Shown here: positions 1-9,409 of the stretch, one piece after another
How the letters are laid out: each line of letters starts with the position of its first letter
How positions within the stretch are numbered: position 1 is the stretch's first letter
Assembly: GCA_029551395.1 (NCBI GenBank)
Contig: JAKPFN010000089.1
Span: 6,045 to 70,044, forward strand
Reading direction: 5' to 3'
DNA: 64,000 nucleotides
Origin: Armatimonadota bacterium
GTDB lineage: Bacteria; Armatimonadota; UBA5829; DTLH01
Position numbers and translations under genes: made by a program
Notes under the pieces: model-generated
Told to the model about the DNA's origin: nothing
Seen by the model: the letters and a program-made list of their open reading frames with translations, nothing else
Database searches by the model: none

Positions 1-356
1 CCTACTTCTGGAAAGCTGCGGTCGATTACGCATGGTGGGGTGATGGAATGACCACGGCGCGGAGAGAAGGAGACTTTTCTTTCCCGTCTGAGCAGATGCT
101 GCTTTATGAGCACTCTGGCTGGCATTGGGGAGATGCCGGCAGAGGGCTTTCTGATGGCGTTACGCTTAACATGGTGTTTATAGACGGACATGCAGCCACC
201 AAGAGGCTTCGTGAAGCCTGTGGAGCAAAACCTCCCATGGCCAGTCCTCCAACAGGAGAGCCTGCTTGGTATAACTGCAATATGGAATCCGGCAGTCCAG
301 TCTACAACAAGGGCGCAAACTATGACCCGAACTTGTGGATGGACAATCTGCCGTAA
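1..356 (+). CDS. C-terminal fragment of a prepilin-type / DUF1559 ('H-X9-DG') protein, truncated at the window start
   Basis: ORF 48..356 is in frame with the window edge. 'GWHWGDAGRGLSDGVTLNMVFIDGHAATKRL...GEPAWYNCN...DNLP' is co-linear with the C-terminus of the full-length paralog at 13416..14240 ('[31 protein letters not shown]...GEPAWFNYN...DNLP'). Confidence 0.7.
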   Translation, partial: YFWKAAVDYAWWGDGMTTARREGDFSFPSEQMLLYEHSGWHWGDAGRGLSDGVTLNMVFIDGHAATKRLREACGAKPPMASPPTGEPAWYNCNMESGSPVYNKGANYDPNLWMDNLP

Positions 357-691
357 CGTAAATAGCGCCAATTAAGAAACGCGGGATACTGCAAAGATTG
401 GAGCACATTCATAAGGATGTAAGCCTGTCCACATCCAAACCTTGTGGTAATCCCGCATGCTCTCGGGGCGGAGGTTCATCCTCTGCCCTGAGAGTTGATA
501 TGTGTTGGCATCTTTTCTTTTTAAAAAACTGCCAGTTATAACTGCTTAACTCTTTTAATGTCTCCAATCTCATTCGTTGCTGCTTTTCTCGGAATTCTGC
601 CGCTGCCATCCTGAATGTCAATCTCTAATTGAAGGATTCTGTAGCATATTTATCCAAGTAGAAAATGGTTATCCTTGGGAGGTAATAACGA

Positions 692-1591
692 ATGAGATTG
701 GCTTTAGTAATTGCACTGATAGCAATATTCCTAACTTGTGTAGGTTGCAGCAAGCAGCAGGCCGAGCTTGGGACAAAAGAAAATCCTATCAAGATGGCTA
801 TGGTGCCGTCGCTCGATACGCAGAGATTATTGGTAAGCGGAAAACAGCTCGAGACGCTTCTTGAGAAAAGGACAGGCTACGAATTCGAGACTAGCGTACC
901 TACTACATACACTGCGGTTGTTGAAGCGATGTCTGTAGGTAAAGTGGATGTCGGTTGGCTTCCTCCGCTGTCTTACGTGCTTGCCCATGACAAATATGGC
1001 GTCGAGGCTATCCTTGTTGTGCAGCGGGATGGTTCTACAAACTACAATTCTGTTATCATCGCGCGCACAGATTCTAAAATCGACAAGCTGGAAGATTTGA
1101 AAGGAAAGAAATTTGCCTATGGCGATGTCCTTTCTACATCAGGTTATATCTATCCAAGACACCTTATCCGCACCAGTGGTTATAATCCCGATACTTTCTT
1201 CTCAAATGCGGTGCAACTTGGAAGACACGATGTGGTAATCGCTGCAGTCCTCAATGAACAGGTAGACGCAGGAGCAGTATACGGCGGGCCTGTCTCAGAC
1301 GCACGGGAGAATCTAGTCGAAGTTCAACCTGACATAATGAAGATAACCAAAATCATTGCCAGGTCAGAGGACATTCCCAATGACACAGTAAGCGTACGCA
1401 AAGGCCTCCCCAAGGAGATGGTGGATAAGATCCGAGATGCACTGATCGATATTGCAGAATCTGGTGAAGGAAAACGTATCATAACCGATCTTTATGGCAT
1501 AGATGGCCTCAAACCAGCAAAAGATTCCGACTATGACTGCGTCCGCCGGGTTGCTGAAGCAGAAAAAGTCGACTTGAGCAAACTGAAATAA
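692..1591 (+). CDS. phnD: Phosphonate/phosphite ABC transporter substrate-binding lipoprotein (PhnD-like)
   Basis: 299 aa with a lipoprotein signal ('LIAIFLTCVGCSKQQ'). PhnD-like periplasmic binding fold. Sits immediately upstream of the PhnC and PhnE homologs. Confidence 0.75.
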   Translation: MRLALVIALIAIFLTCVGCSKQQAELGTKENPIKMAMVPSLDTQRLLVSGKQLETLLEKRTGYEFETSVPTTYTAVVEAMSVGKVDVGWLPPLSYVLAHDKYGVEAILVVQRDGSTNYNSVIIARTDSKIDKLEDLKGKKFAYGDVLSTSGYIYPRHLIRTSGYNPDTFFSNAVQLGRHDVVIAAVLNEQVDAGAVYGGPVSDARENLVEVQPDIMKITKIIARSEDIPNDTVSVRKGLPKEMVDKIRDALIDIAESGEGKRIITDLYGIDGLKPAKDSDYDCVRRVAEAEKVDLSKLK

Positions 1592-1617
1592 AGGCACCGG
1601 AGCAATAAACTGATAGT

Positions 1618-2379
1618 ATGTCGTTAAAGATAGAGCACCTCACCAAGATTTACGACGATGGCACGGTTGCGCTCGATGACGTCTCCCTGGAAGTGCCTGA
1701 TGGGCAGTTTCTGGGGATTATCGGGCTTTCCGGGTCAGGTAAGAGCACGCTCATGCGGTGCATCAACAGGCTTATTGAACCTACTAGCGGCAGGATTTGG
1801 CTGGATGATGTCGAGGTTACTGCCGCTGACTCAAACGAACTTCGAAAAATCCGCCTGCACATAGGGATGATCTTCCAGCAGTTTAACCTGGTGAAGCGCG
1901 CATCCGTGCTTACAAATGTGTTAACAGGCAGGCTTGGATACCTTCCTGCTGGCACCGGGCTTTACCGCCGGTTTCCGAGCGAAGAAATCAAAAGGGCAGA
2001 GCGGAATCTCGCAAGAGTAGGTATTTCAGAGAAAGCTCTGCAAAGAGCAGATGCACTTTCTGGCGGTCAGCAGCAGCGAGTTGCAATAGCACGCGCATTG
2101 ATGCAGGAACCTGGAATCCTCCTTGCAGATGAACCTGTTGCAAGCCTTGATCCGGCTACTGCTCATTCTGTGCTCAAATACCTGGAGGAAATCAACCAAT
2201 CGGACGGCATAACAGTTATCTGCAATCTCCATTTTCTCAGCCTTACCAGAAGGTATGCTCACCGGGTAGTGGCGCTCAAGAGTGGGAAGATCGTTTTCGA
2301 TGGATCGCCGTCCGAAATCGATAACGCCAGGTTCCGTGAGATATACGGAGAGGATGCAGAGGAGGTAGAGGTGCGATGA
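1618..2379 (+). CDS. phnC: Phosphonate ABC transporter ATP-binding protein
   Basis: Walker A 'GLSGSGKST', ABC signature 'LSGGQQQRVAIARAL', Walker B 'ILLADEP'. 253 aa. Overlaps the downstream permease by 4 nt (translational coupling). Confidence 0.85.
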   Translation: MSLKIEHLTKIYDDGTVALDDVSLEVPDGQFLGIIGLSGSGKSTLMRCINRLIEPTSGRIWLDDVEVTAADSNELRKIRLHIGMIFQQFNLVKRASVLTNVLTGRLGYLPAGTGLYRRFPSEEIKRAERNLARVGISEKALQRADALSGGQQQRVAIARALMQEPGILLADEPVASLDPATAHSVLKYLEEINQSDGITVICNLHFLSLTRRYAHRVVALKSGKIVFDGSPSEIDNARFREIYGEDAEEVEVR

Positions 2380-3719
2380 CAATCATTCCGCAGCCCAAAA
2401 ACCGCCGCCGGGTGCTGATTGCATCGCTGCTTTCTATTATCCCTGGTCTTGGTCAGATATATCTAGGTGAAGTCCAGCGTGGACTGGTGCTACTGTTTGG
2501 GCTTCCGGCTCAGACTGCTATTTTTTGGGCCATAGGTGGACAATGGCTTGCTGCAACGACAGTGATAATCTGGGCATGGAACATTCTGGATGCCCGGAAG
2601 CTCGCTCGTGGAACAAAAGTGTCCCTTGCGGTTCCCATTCTCCTCTTAGTAGTCCTGAACCTTGCTGCAGGTTGGCATGTTACTAAAATCGATTTATATG
2701 AGTTAGCCACCGGAGTGCCTAACATGCGTAGAATCGGCGTTTCGCTGTTCCAACCTCAGTTTGTAGTAAGGGATGTAAGAGCATCGGCTGTTTACACTGT
2801 TCCAGGGCCGGATGTAACTAAACTCGGATACAGGTCTGAACCTGCTTCGGATGCTCCAAATATATCCGTTTCCCCTGATTCTGTTGTTAAGGGGCAGAAT
2901 GTTACAGTCTCAGGCAGGAAGTTTCCTTCAAACCAAAACGGTGTGCTTCGCATAAACGTAGGTTCAGACTGGCAGAAGATAAGCATCAAGACCGATTCCA
3001 ACGGCCGGTTCATATCTAAGTTCGTCAACCAGTCCACGGAGCCAGGGGATTATATAGTAGAAGCCATCATTGGGTTGCCGTTCAATCAGTGGCATCCATC
3101 TGAGACTCTTAAACTGACATCTAGATTGATGCTTGAGACGATCTTTCTGGCGCTTGTTGGAACAGCTATGTCTATTATAGTCACTGTCCCTTTGAGCTTT
3201 TTCGGCGCGAGAAATCTGATGAAAACAAGCCGCGCGGGAAGAATCGCTTATGCTGCTACAAGAGGATTGTTCAATGTGCTCAGGTCTATAGAGGTGCTTA
3301 TAATCGCCGTTATGCTTACGGCAGCGGTTGGGATAGGCCCATTTGCCGGAGTGCTTGCGCTTGCTATCCACGGCATAGGCGCTCTTGGCAAGCTGTATTC
3401 TGAGGCTATCGAAAGCATCGAGCAAGGCCCAATCGAAGCAATCACAGCAACAGGAGCATCAAAGCTGCAGGTCATAGCATTTGCCGTAGTTCCGCAGATT
3501 ATCCCACAGTTTATTTCATTTACGATGTACCGTTGGGATATAAATGTGAGAATGGCGACTGTCATAGGTTTGGTAGGCGGCGGCGGTATTGGTTATATTC
3601 TGATGCAGTATATCGGGCTTCTTCAGTGGAAAGAGGCTGCAACAGCAATATGGCTAATCGCAGCCGTAGTAATGTCTATGGACTACGCCAGCGCAGTAAT
3701 CCGCGAAAAGCTGCTGTAA
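2376..3719 (+). CDS. phnE: Phosphonate ABC transporter permease PhnE with an N-terminal ~250-aa extension (extra TM segments plus a predicted extracytoplasmic beta-rich domain)
   Basis: The C-terminal ~200 aa carry the PhnE signature ('EAIESIEQGPIEAITATGASKLQVIAFAVVPQIIPQFISFTMYRWDINVR'). N-terminus 'RRVLIASLLSIIPGLGQIYLGE' is TM2-like. Residues ~120-230 are hydrophilic and Ig-like ('NISVSPDSVVKGQNVTVSGRKF...'). Confidence 0.75.
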   Translation: MTIIPQPKNRRRVLIASLLSIIPGLGQIYLGEVQRGLVLLFGLPAQTAIFWAIGGQWLAATTVIIWAWNILDARKLARGTKVSLAVPILLLVVLNLAAGWHVTKIDLYELATGVPNMRRIGVSLFQPQFVVRDVRASAVYTVPGPDVTKLGYRSEPASDAPNISVSPDSVVKGQNVTVSGRKFPSNQNGVLRINVGSDWQKISIKTDSNGRFISKFVNQSTEPGDYIVEAIIGLPFNQWHPSETLKLTSRLMLETIFLALVGTAMSIIVTVPLSFFGARNLMKTSRAGRIAYAATRGLFNVLRSIEVLIIAVMLTAAVGIGPFAGVLALAIHGIGALGKLYSEAIESIEQGPIEAITATGASKLQVIAFAVVPQIIPQFISFTMYRWDINVRMATVIGLVGGGGIGYILMQYIGLLQWKEAATAIWLIAAVVMSMDYASAVIREKLL

Positions 3720-3854
3720 GCCAAGTCCAGTTGATGGGAAGGTATGAGTTGGGTTTACTCATCACTCATCACTCGTTACTTCCCCACTTTACACTCGCTT
3801 TGTTCAATTCTGTGTTACAATAGATAGGCAAAATAGCAATTAAGATACAGGCGG

Positions 3855-4277
3855 ATGCTTTGGGTAATGGCTGATTTTAATAAGATTGGGCTTCTTGTCG
3901 TTCGAGATAATAAGATTCTTCTGTGCCGCGAGCAGGACTTGGATGCGTTGATTCTACCAGGCGGAACGGTAGAAGGAAACGAAACATCCACAGAGTGTCT
4001 TGACAGGGAACTGCATGAAGAACTGGGCAGTGTGACGGTTGCAGACCTGACCTACATCGGCATTTATGATTTCGAAGCTGCATCCGACCCTCAGAAGACT
4101 GTCGAGATAAAGCTATACAAGGGAGAGCTTAAAGGCGAGCCTGTTCCAAACGGGGAAGTAGAGGAATTGGTCTGGTTTGGTCAGGATGCGGACTGGAACA
4201 GACTTTCTCCAATCCTCGTGCATAAAATCCTGCCTGATCTCATCAAACGGAAAATACTTGACTGGAGCCTTGTGTGA
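3855..4277 (+). CDS. NUDIX hydrolase
   Basis: Nudix box 'GGTVEGNETSTECLDRELHEELG' (GX5EX7REUXEEXGU pattern). 140 aa. The start may be the internal Met 'MADFNKIG'. Confidence 0.8.
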   Translation: MLWVMADFNKIGLLVVRDNKILLCREQDLDALILPGGTVEGNETSTECLDRELHEELGSVTVADLTYIGIYDFEAASDPQKTVEIKLYKGELKGEPVPNGEVEELVWFGQDADWNRLSPILVHKILPDLIKRKILDWSLV

Positions 4278-6151
4278 CTTCAGTAGAACTCCTCGCACCT
4301 GCAAAAGATCTGGAATGTGGAATTGCGGCGATAAACTGCGGCGCTGATGCAGTATACATAGGTGCTCCACGTTTCGGCGCAAGAGAGGCTGCAGGTAACA
4401 GTATGAGCGATATCGCAGCGCTCGCAGCCTACGCCCATAAATACTGGGCAAAGGTGTATGTCACCGTAAACACTCTGCTTCACGATGATGAAATCCCGGA
4501 AGCCCTCAGGTTGATTACCGACTTGTATGACATCGGCATCGATGGACTGATTATACAAGATACAGGGCTGCTGGAATGCGATCTTCCTCCGCTGCCGATA
4601 ATCGCAAGCACTCAAATGCACAACAACACTCCTGAGAAGGTGGAGTTTTTGGAGAAGGTAGGTCTGCATCGGGTTATCCTGGCGCGGGAACTAAGCCTTG
4701 ACCAGATCAGGGAGATACGCAAGCGGACCAACATAGAGCTTGAGGTCTTCGTTCACGGCGCGCTCTGCGTTTCTTACAGCGGGCAGTGCTATCTGAGTTA
4801 CGCTTTAGGCGGGCGAAGCGGCAACCGAGGCCAGTGCGCCCAGCCATGCCGGAAGCCATATGATCTGGCGGATAGCCAGGGCAATATCCTTGCGCGTAAC
4901 AAACACCTTCTATCGCTAAAAGACCTTAACCTATCCGAGCATTTGCGGGAACTGCTTGAAATCGGAGTCTCTTCTTTCAAAATCGAAGGTCGGTTGAAGG
5001 ATAAAACATATGTTGCCAATGTAGTTGCGTTCTATCGAGATAAGCTGGACCGAATTTTGGCTGACATGGGGAAGAAGCGGAGTTCATCAGGCACAAGCGT
5101 TATCGATTTCACCCCTGATCCTCAAAAAACATTCAACCGAGGTTACACTACATACTTCCTGCATGGCTGGAGCGAGCCTGTTGGGTCTATTGATACTCCC
5201 AAGATGGTAGGTGAAGCTGTTGGCAAGGTGACGACCATTGGTAAGCGGGATATAAAACTCGATCTGATTACCCAAATCCATCGTGGAGATGGGATTTGCT
5301 TCTTCGACCGAAACGGAGTCCTGGGAGGTTCTGTTGTCAACGATGTGCAGGGCAGTGTTATCATCCTTGACAAGCCGGATGGTATTGAAAAAGGATTGAT
5401 TCTTTACCGCAACCATGACCATGAGTTCTTAACCAGTCTTGCCAAGAGCAAGGCATATAGGCAAGTCAGAGTCAGCTTCACTCTTCGAGAATCTCCCGAC
5501 GGGCTGGTTCTTTCAGCAAAAGACGAAGATGGCAATAAGGCAGAGTTTTCGTATCAGTGCGAAAAAACAACGGCTGAGAAGCCGGACCAGGCAGTTGATA
5601 ACATCAAGAAACAATTGTCCAAGACCGGCGGGACTCACTTCACCTGCTCAGATGTCAAGATAGAGCTTTCTCAGGCATACTTTCTGCCTATTTGTGTGCT
5701 AAACACGCTGAGACGTGGAGTCTTAGAATCGCTCGAAGCAGTTCGGGAGCAAAACCGTCCGAAACCCATCGGGAAGATAGAAAAGAACGATTTTCCCTAT
5801 CCAGAAAAGCAATTGACCTACCTGGGGAATGTTCTAAACCACAAAGCCGAGGAGTTCTACAGACGGCATGGTGTGACAGCAATCGAACCAGCAGCGGAAT
5901 CTGGGCTTGACCTGACTGGCCGAAAGGTTATGACCACCCGGTACTGCATCAAGTATCAGCTTGGGATGTGTCCGCAGGATTCCGACGCCAATAAATGCTC
6001 TGAACCACTTTTTCTGATAGACTGCCAGGATGGACACCGGTTGCGGCTGCATTTCAACTGCCGGGAGTGTCAGATGGAGGTCTTCCTTGCCCCCACAACT
6101 TCTGCACAGGTTAAAAAGAAAGTTGCACAACACTCCCGGCGGCGAATATAA
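4274..6151 (+). CDS. U32 family peptidase (collagenase-like; RlhA/YdcP-type)
   Basis: N-terminal 'ELLAPAKDLECGIAAINCGADAVYIGAPRFGAR' is typical of peptidase U32. 625 aa with the U32 C-terminal domain and Cys-rich tail. Overlaps the NUDIX stop. Confidence 0.8.
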   Translation: MTSVELLAPAKDLECGIAAINCGADAVYIGAPRFGAREAAGNSMSDIAALAAYAHKYWAKVYVTVNTLLHDDEIPEALRLITDLYDIGIDGLIIQDTGLLECDLPPLPIIASTQMHNNTPEKVEFLEKVGLHRVILARELSLDQIREIRKRTNIELEVFVHGALCVSYSGQCYLSYALGGRSGNRGQCAQPCRKPYDLADSQGNILARNKHLLSLKDLNLSEHLRELLEIGVSSFKIEGRLKDKTYVANVVAFYRDKLDRILADMGKKRSSSGTSVIDFTPDPQKTFNRGYTTYFLHGWSEPVGSIDTPKMVGEAVGKVTTIGKRDIKLDLITQIHRGDGICFFDRNGVLGGSVVNDVQGSVIILDKPDGIEKGLILYRNHDHEFLTSLAKSKAYRQVRVSFTLRESPDGLVLSAKDEDGNKAEFSYQCEKTTAEKPDQAVDNIKKQLSKTGGTHFTCSDVKIELSQAYFLPICVLNTLRRGVLESLEAVREQNRPKPIGKIEKNDFPYPEKQLTYLGNVLNHKAEEFYRRHGVTAIEPAAESGLDLTGRKVMTTRYCIKYQLGMCPQDSDANKCSEPLFLIDCQDGHRLRLHFNCRECQMEVFLAPTTSAQVKKKVAQHSRRRI

Positions 6152-6184
6152 GAAAAGATCAAGTTACTCTTTTCAAGTTGCAGG

Positions 6185-7717
6185 CTAGTTTTCTTTGATC
6201 CTTGCCCTCACAGTCTCAAGGATCGCAAAGGCCATCCGGTCTACTTCACACCTGATCTCTTCAGCCCTGTCAATTAGCTTATCTCTTACTGCCTGGTCTG
6301 TTATGGATGAAACGTTTGCTTCAACGTTCAACATAGCGCCATCACAGGCAGCCTTGGCCATCAGCGCTCCGACTCCCGCATCCGATGTTGAATTGATATT
6401 GCCCTTCGCTGCTATAATCTGCAGTTGAGTCAAAAGCCCTTTTACCTCTTCCATTACAGACAAAGGCACCTCTGCTGCCTTTATGTAAGCCGATTGCAGC
6501 GCTGCCTCTCGTTTTTCAATCTCCTCAGGAGTCTCTGCAGGTGTTCTGATGGCCTTCATAACAGCATTAAATGCTTCAGCATCTGTTTGGATAGCGGCTG
6601 TCAGCCTGCCTCTGTATCTTTCTGTCTGGCTGAGCGCTTCTTTCAGCTCCTCAGACACGGCTAGATACTTCTTTCTACCTATAGTAAGCCTGCAGACCAT
6701 CGAACCTAATGCTGCAGCAAGCGCACCGGCAAGCGCAGCAACACTTCCGCCTCCAGGAGCAGGAGATTTAGACGCTACTTCGTCCAGAAACAGCGTCGGA
6801 ACGCTTTCAGCAGCCCCTCCTGCATACAGTTTATGTTCCAGTACCTGTTCTGGCTTGAAATCGTTCAACTGCAGGTGGAAAGCGGCTGTGTCAACTATCG
6901 CTTCAAACGGCACGAGACCGATTACCTCGCTGTCTGTTACAGAAACACCATACCGGGCTGCTTCCCGCTTTACAAAGTCGAATGCGTCGTGAATTGGAGT
7001 GCCTTTGTAGTTGGTCAGGTTCATCGAGACCTGAACACAGCCGCGCTCTCGGATGGCAAACCCGTTGGCTTTCACATAACGGAACCCACCGTCAAGGAAC
7101 CTCACTCTCCGGGCAATCTTTCTTGCCAGTTCCAGGTCATTGGTGTTCAGATATATGTTGTAAGCAATCAGGAAGTCCCGTACTCCGACTGCCGTAGCGC
7201 CTGCTGTTGGATGGATACGTGCTGGGCCAAAGTCCGGGCGGCGGGATGGATCAACGCCTATTACATCCCTCAAACCTTCAAACTGCCCTTCCCGGACATT
7301 AGCAAGGTTCTCTCTTTCCGGTCTCGTGGCGGCTTTTTCGTAAAGATAGATAGGTATTTCTAGCTTTTCAGCTATCTCCCGACCAACCTCTTTTGCCAGA
7401 TCGATACACTCTTCTACGCTCACACCTGATATCGGTATGAATGGTATAACATCTGTCGCCCCTATCCTTGGATGTTCTCCTGTGTGCTGGGTCAAGTCTA
7501 TCAGTTCCGCAGCTTTGGCACATCCTGCAAAGGCAGCCGATTTAACAGCTTCCGGTTCGCCTACAAAGGTCACGACAGCCCTGTTATGGTCTTTGTCCAT
7601 CTCCTTACCAAGGACTCGGATTCCCTCAACAGAAGCAATTGCCTCTACTATGGCATCGAGTACCTCAGGCCGCCTTCCTTCCGAGAAGTTAGGCACGCAT
7701 TCAACAATCCTTATCAT
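6185..7717 (-). CDS. Glutamate formimidoyltransferase / formimidoyltetrahydrofolate cyclodeaminase (bifunctional FTCD-like)
   Basis: N-terminus 'MIRIVECVPNFSEGRRPEVLDAIVEAI' is the formiminotransferase domain signature. C-terminal ~190 aa is cyclodeaminase-like and helical. 510 aa. Adjacent to hutI. Confidence 0.8.
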   Translation of the reverse strand: MIRIVECVPNFSEGRRPEVLDAIVEAIASVEGIRVLGKEMDKDHNRAVVTFVGEPEAVKSAAFAGCAKAAELIDLTQHTGEHPRIGATDVIPFIPISGVSVEECIDLAKEVGREIAEKLEIPIYLYEKAATRPERENLANVREGQFEGLRDVIGVDPSRRPDFGPARIHPTAGATAVGVRDFLIAYNIYLNTNDLELARKIARRVRFLDGGFRYVKANGFAIRERGCVQVSMNLTNYKGTPIHDAFDFVKREAARYGVSVTDSEVIGLVPFEAIVDTAAFHLQLNDFKPEQVLEHKLYAGGAAESVPTLFLDEVASKSPAPGGGSVAALAGALAAALGSMVCRLTIGRKKYLAVSEELKEALSQTERYRGRLTAAIQTDAEAFNAVMKAIRTPAETPEEIEKREAALQSAYIKAAEVPLSVMEEVKGLLTQLQIIAAKGNINSTSDAGVGALMAKAACDGAMLNVEANVSSITDQAVRDKLIDRAEEIRCEVDRMAFAILETVRARIKEN

Positions 7718-7753
7718 AAATCCTCCATTATGCAGCCATCAGCCGTGTCATAA

Positions 7754-8992
7754 TCAAGAGCTTAAGGCCACTTTCCCCTTCTTAACAACAGTATCAACCG
7801 GGTTTGTCCCAAAATGATAAGGGATTTCCCGATAATCAGGCACTTTAAGTATCAATATATCTGCTTGTTTTCCCGGCTCAAGCGTTCCTACCAGTTTATC
7901 TCTGCGAATAGCTTTTGCGGCATTTAAGGTGGCAGCAATCAGTGCTTCTTCCGGCGTCATCTTGAGCTTCAGGCAGGCCAGGCCGATTATAACCGGCATT
8001 CCCTCGATGGTACACGTTCCAGGATTGTGATCTGTAGCCAAAGCAACTGGCAGACCGTGTTCTATCATCTTCCTGGCAGGCGCATATTTTGAATCGAGGA
8101 AAAAGCTCGTTCCAGGAAGGAGAACGGGCACGACTCCGGTTTGCTTCATCGCTGCGATTCCCGAATCTGACACATACACCAGATGATCTGCCGATACCGC
8201 TCCCACTTCGGCTGCAAGTTCAGCGCCTCCGAGCGGAGTAATCTCGTCTGCATGGACTTTGGGAAGCATACCCATTTGCTTTGCTTTAAGCAAAATGCGG
8301 CGAGATTCCTCTATTGAGAACACTCCGGTCTCGGTGAAGACATCGCAGAACTCTGCAAGTGAAGTCTTGGCTGCTGCTGGGATCATTTTGTCCACTACCA
8401 GGTCCACATAGTCCTGATGGCGTTCCCGGTAATCTGGAGGCACTTCATGAGCGCCCATGAACGTAGGCACAAGCTCGACTGGTTGTGAATCTGCGGCCAA
8501 CCGGATAGCCTGGAGCATTTTCATCTCGCTCGATGTAGACAGTCCGTAGCCTGTTTTGACTTCCGCCGTAGTGGTACCCCAGCCAAGCATCCGGGCAAGC
8601 CGTTCCCTGGCAAATCCAGCAAGATCTTCGACTGATGCTTTCCGGGTAGCTTTGACAGTGGAATTAATGCCGCCGCCTCGTTTGGCGATCTCCATATATG
8701 GCATACCTTGCAGCCTGAGAGCGAATTCCTCTGCTCTGGAGCCTGCATAAACCAGGTGGGTGTGAGGGTCAACATACCCAGGGCAGACTACCTTGCCTGC
8801 AGCATCTATTACAGTCAGTCCGGTGGTTTTCTTCACGAGCGGCAGAACATCATCGGTCTTGCCAAGAGCAGCGATCTTCTCACCTTTTACAGCCACAGCA
8901 CCGTCTTTGATGACCTTCAGCTTCCATCCCTTACCCGGTGTAACGAGCTGGGCTGCATTCAGAATGAGCAGATCAGGTGTAAACATATCCAC
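7754..8992 (-). CDS. hutI: Imidazolonepropionase
   Basis: Amidohydrolase fold with HutI motifs ('VDPHTHLVYAGSRAEEF...MPYMEIAKRGGGINSTVKATR', 'HADEI', 'ATDHNPG'). 412 aa. Confidence 0.85.
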   Translation of the reverse strand: MDMFTPDLLILNAAQLVTPGKGWKLKVIKDGAVAVKGEKIAALGKTDDVLPLVKKTTGLTVIDAAGKVVCPGYVDPHTHLVYAGSRAEEFALRLQGMPYMEIAKRGGGINSTVKATRKASVEDLAGFARERLARMLGWGTTTAEVKTGYGLSTSSEMKMLQAIRLAADSQPVELVPTFMGAHEVPPDYRERHQDYVDLVVDKMIPAAAKTSLAEFCDVFTETGVFSIEESRRILLKAKQMGMLPKVHADEITPLGGAELAAEVGAVSADHLVYVSDSGIAAMKQTGVVPVLLPGTSFFLDSKYAPARKMIEHGLPVALATDHNPGTCTIEGMPVIIGLACLKLKMTPEEALIAATLNAAKAIRRDKLVGTLEPGKQADILILKVPDYREIPYHFGTNPVDTVVKKGKVALSS

Positions 8993-9199
8993 AGCTTATT
9001 CTCCATTGAACTCTGGGACAGGAAGGCTTGCAGCCAACCATTGACTTATTATAAAGCAAACCAGCCGGAGTATCAAAGAGATGGGAAGGGGACTGATCGC
9101 ACTACTTGATCGCCCTGGATAATTTTTGTTGATGTCTCCAGTGTAATTTGGTATACTCCATGTGGTAAGGGAAGCCTGTCAGGTTAGGTTTTTCCGATA

Positions 9200-9372
9200 T
9201 CACAATAAGGTAATATTGTTTTACAAAGGGGAGTAGCACCCGCCTTATGACGGGGGGCGAAATCAACATCCTGTTCTGCGGGAAGAAGCGCAGAGCTGGT
9301 TTCGTCCACAAACTCTAAGTTTGCAAGACCTTTGTCTTAAGCCATTTGCTTACGGACAAAGGTCTTTTTACT
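9200..9372 (+). promoter_or_regulatory. yybP-ykoY (Mn2+) riboswitch candidate in the TerC leader
   Basis: Near-invariant 'AAAGGGGAGUAGC' at ~9225..9237 and a second conserved-looking segment '...GUUUGCAAGACC' at ~9318..9330. Lies directly upstream of a TerC/Alx-family gene, which is the canonical genomic context for this riboswitch class. Followed by a terminator hairpin. Confidence 0.55.
9325..9372 (+). terminator. Intrinsic terminator-like hairpin (probable riboswitch expression platform)
   Basis: 'AAGACCTTTGTC' ... 'GACAAAGGTCTT' inverted repeat followed by 'TTTTA', ~40 nt upstream of the TerC start. Confidence 0.6.
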
Positions 9373-9409
9373 TATTTGGAGTGTCATAGGAGGAGCAAGC
9401 ACACTTAAG

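Noticed and set aside
9102-9311. 69-aa ORF on the minus strand upstream of TerC
   Set aside because: Overlaps the riboswitch-like leader on the opposite strand. No RBS. The region is better explained as a cis-regulatory RNA.
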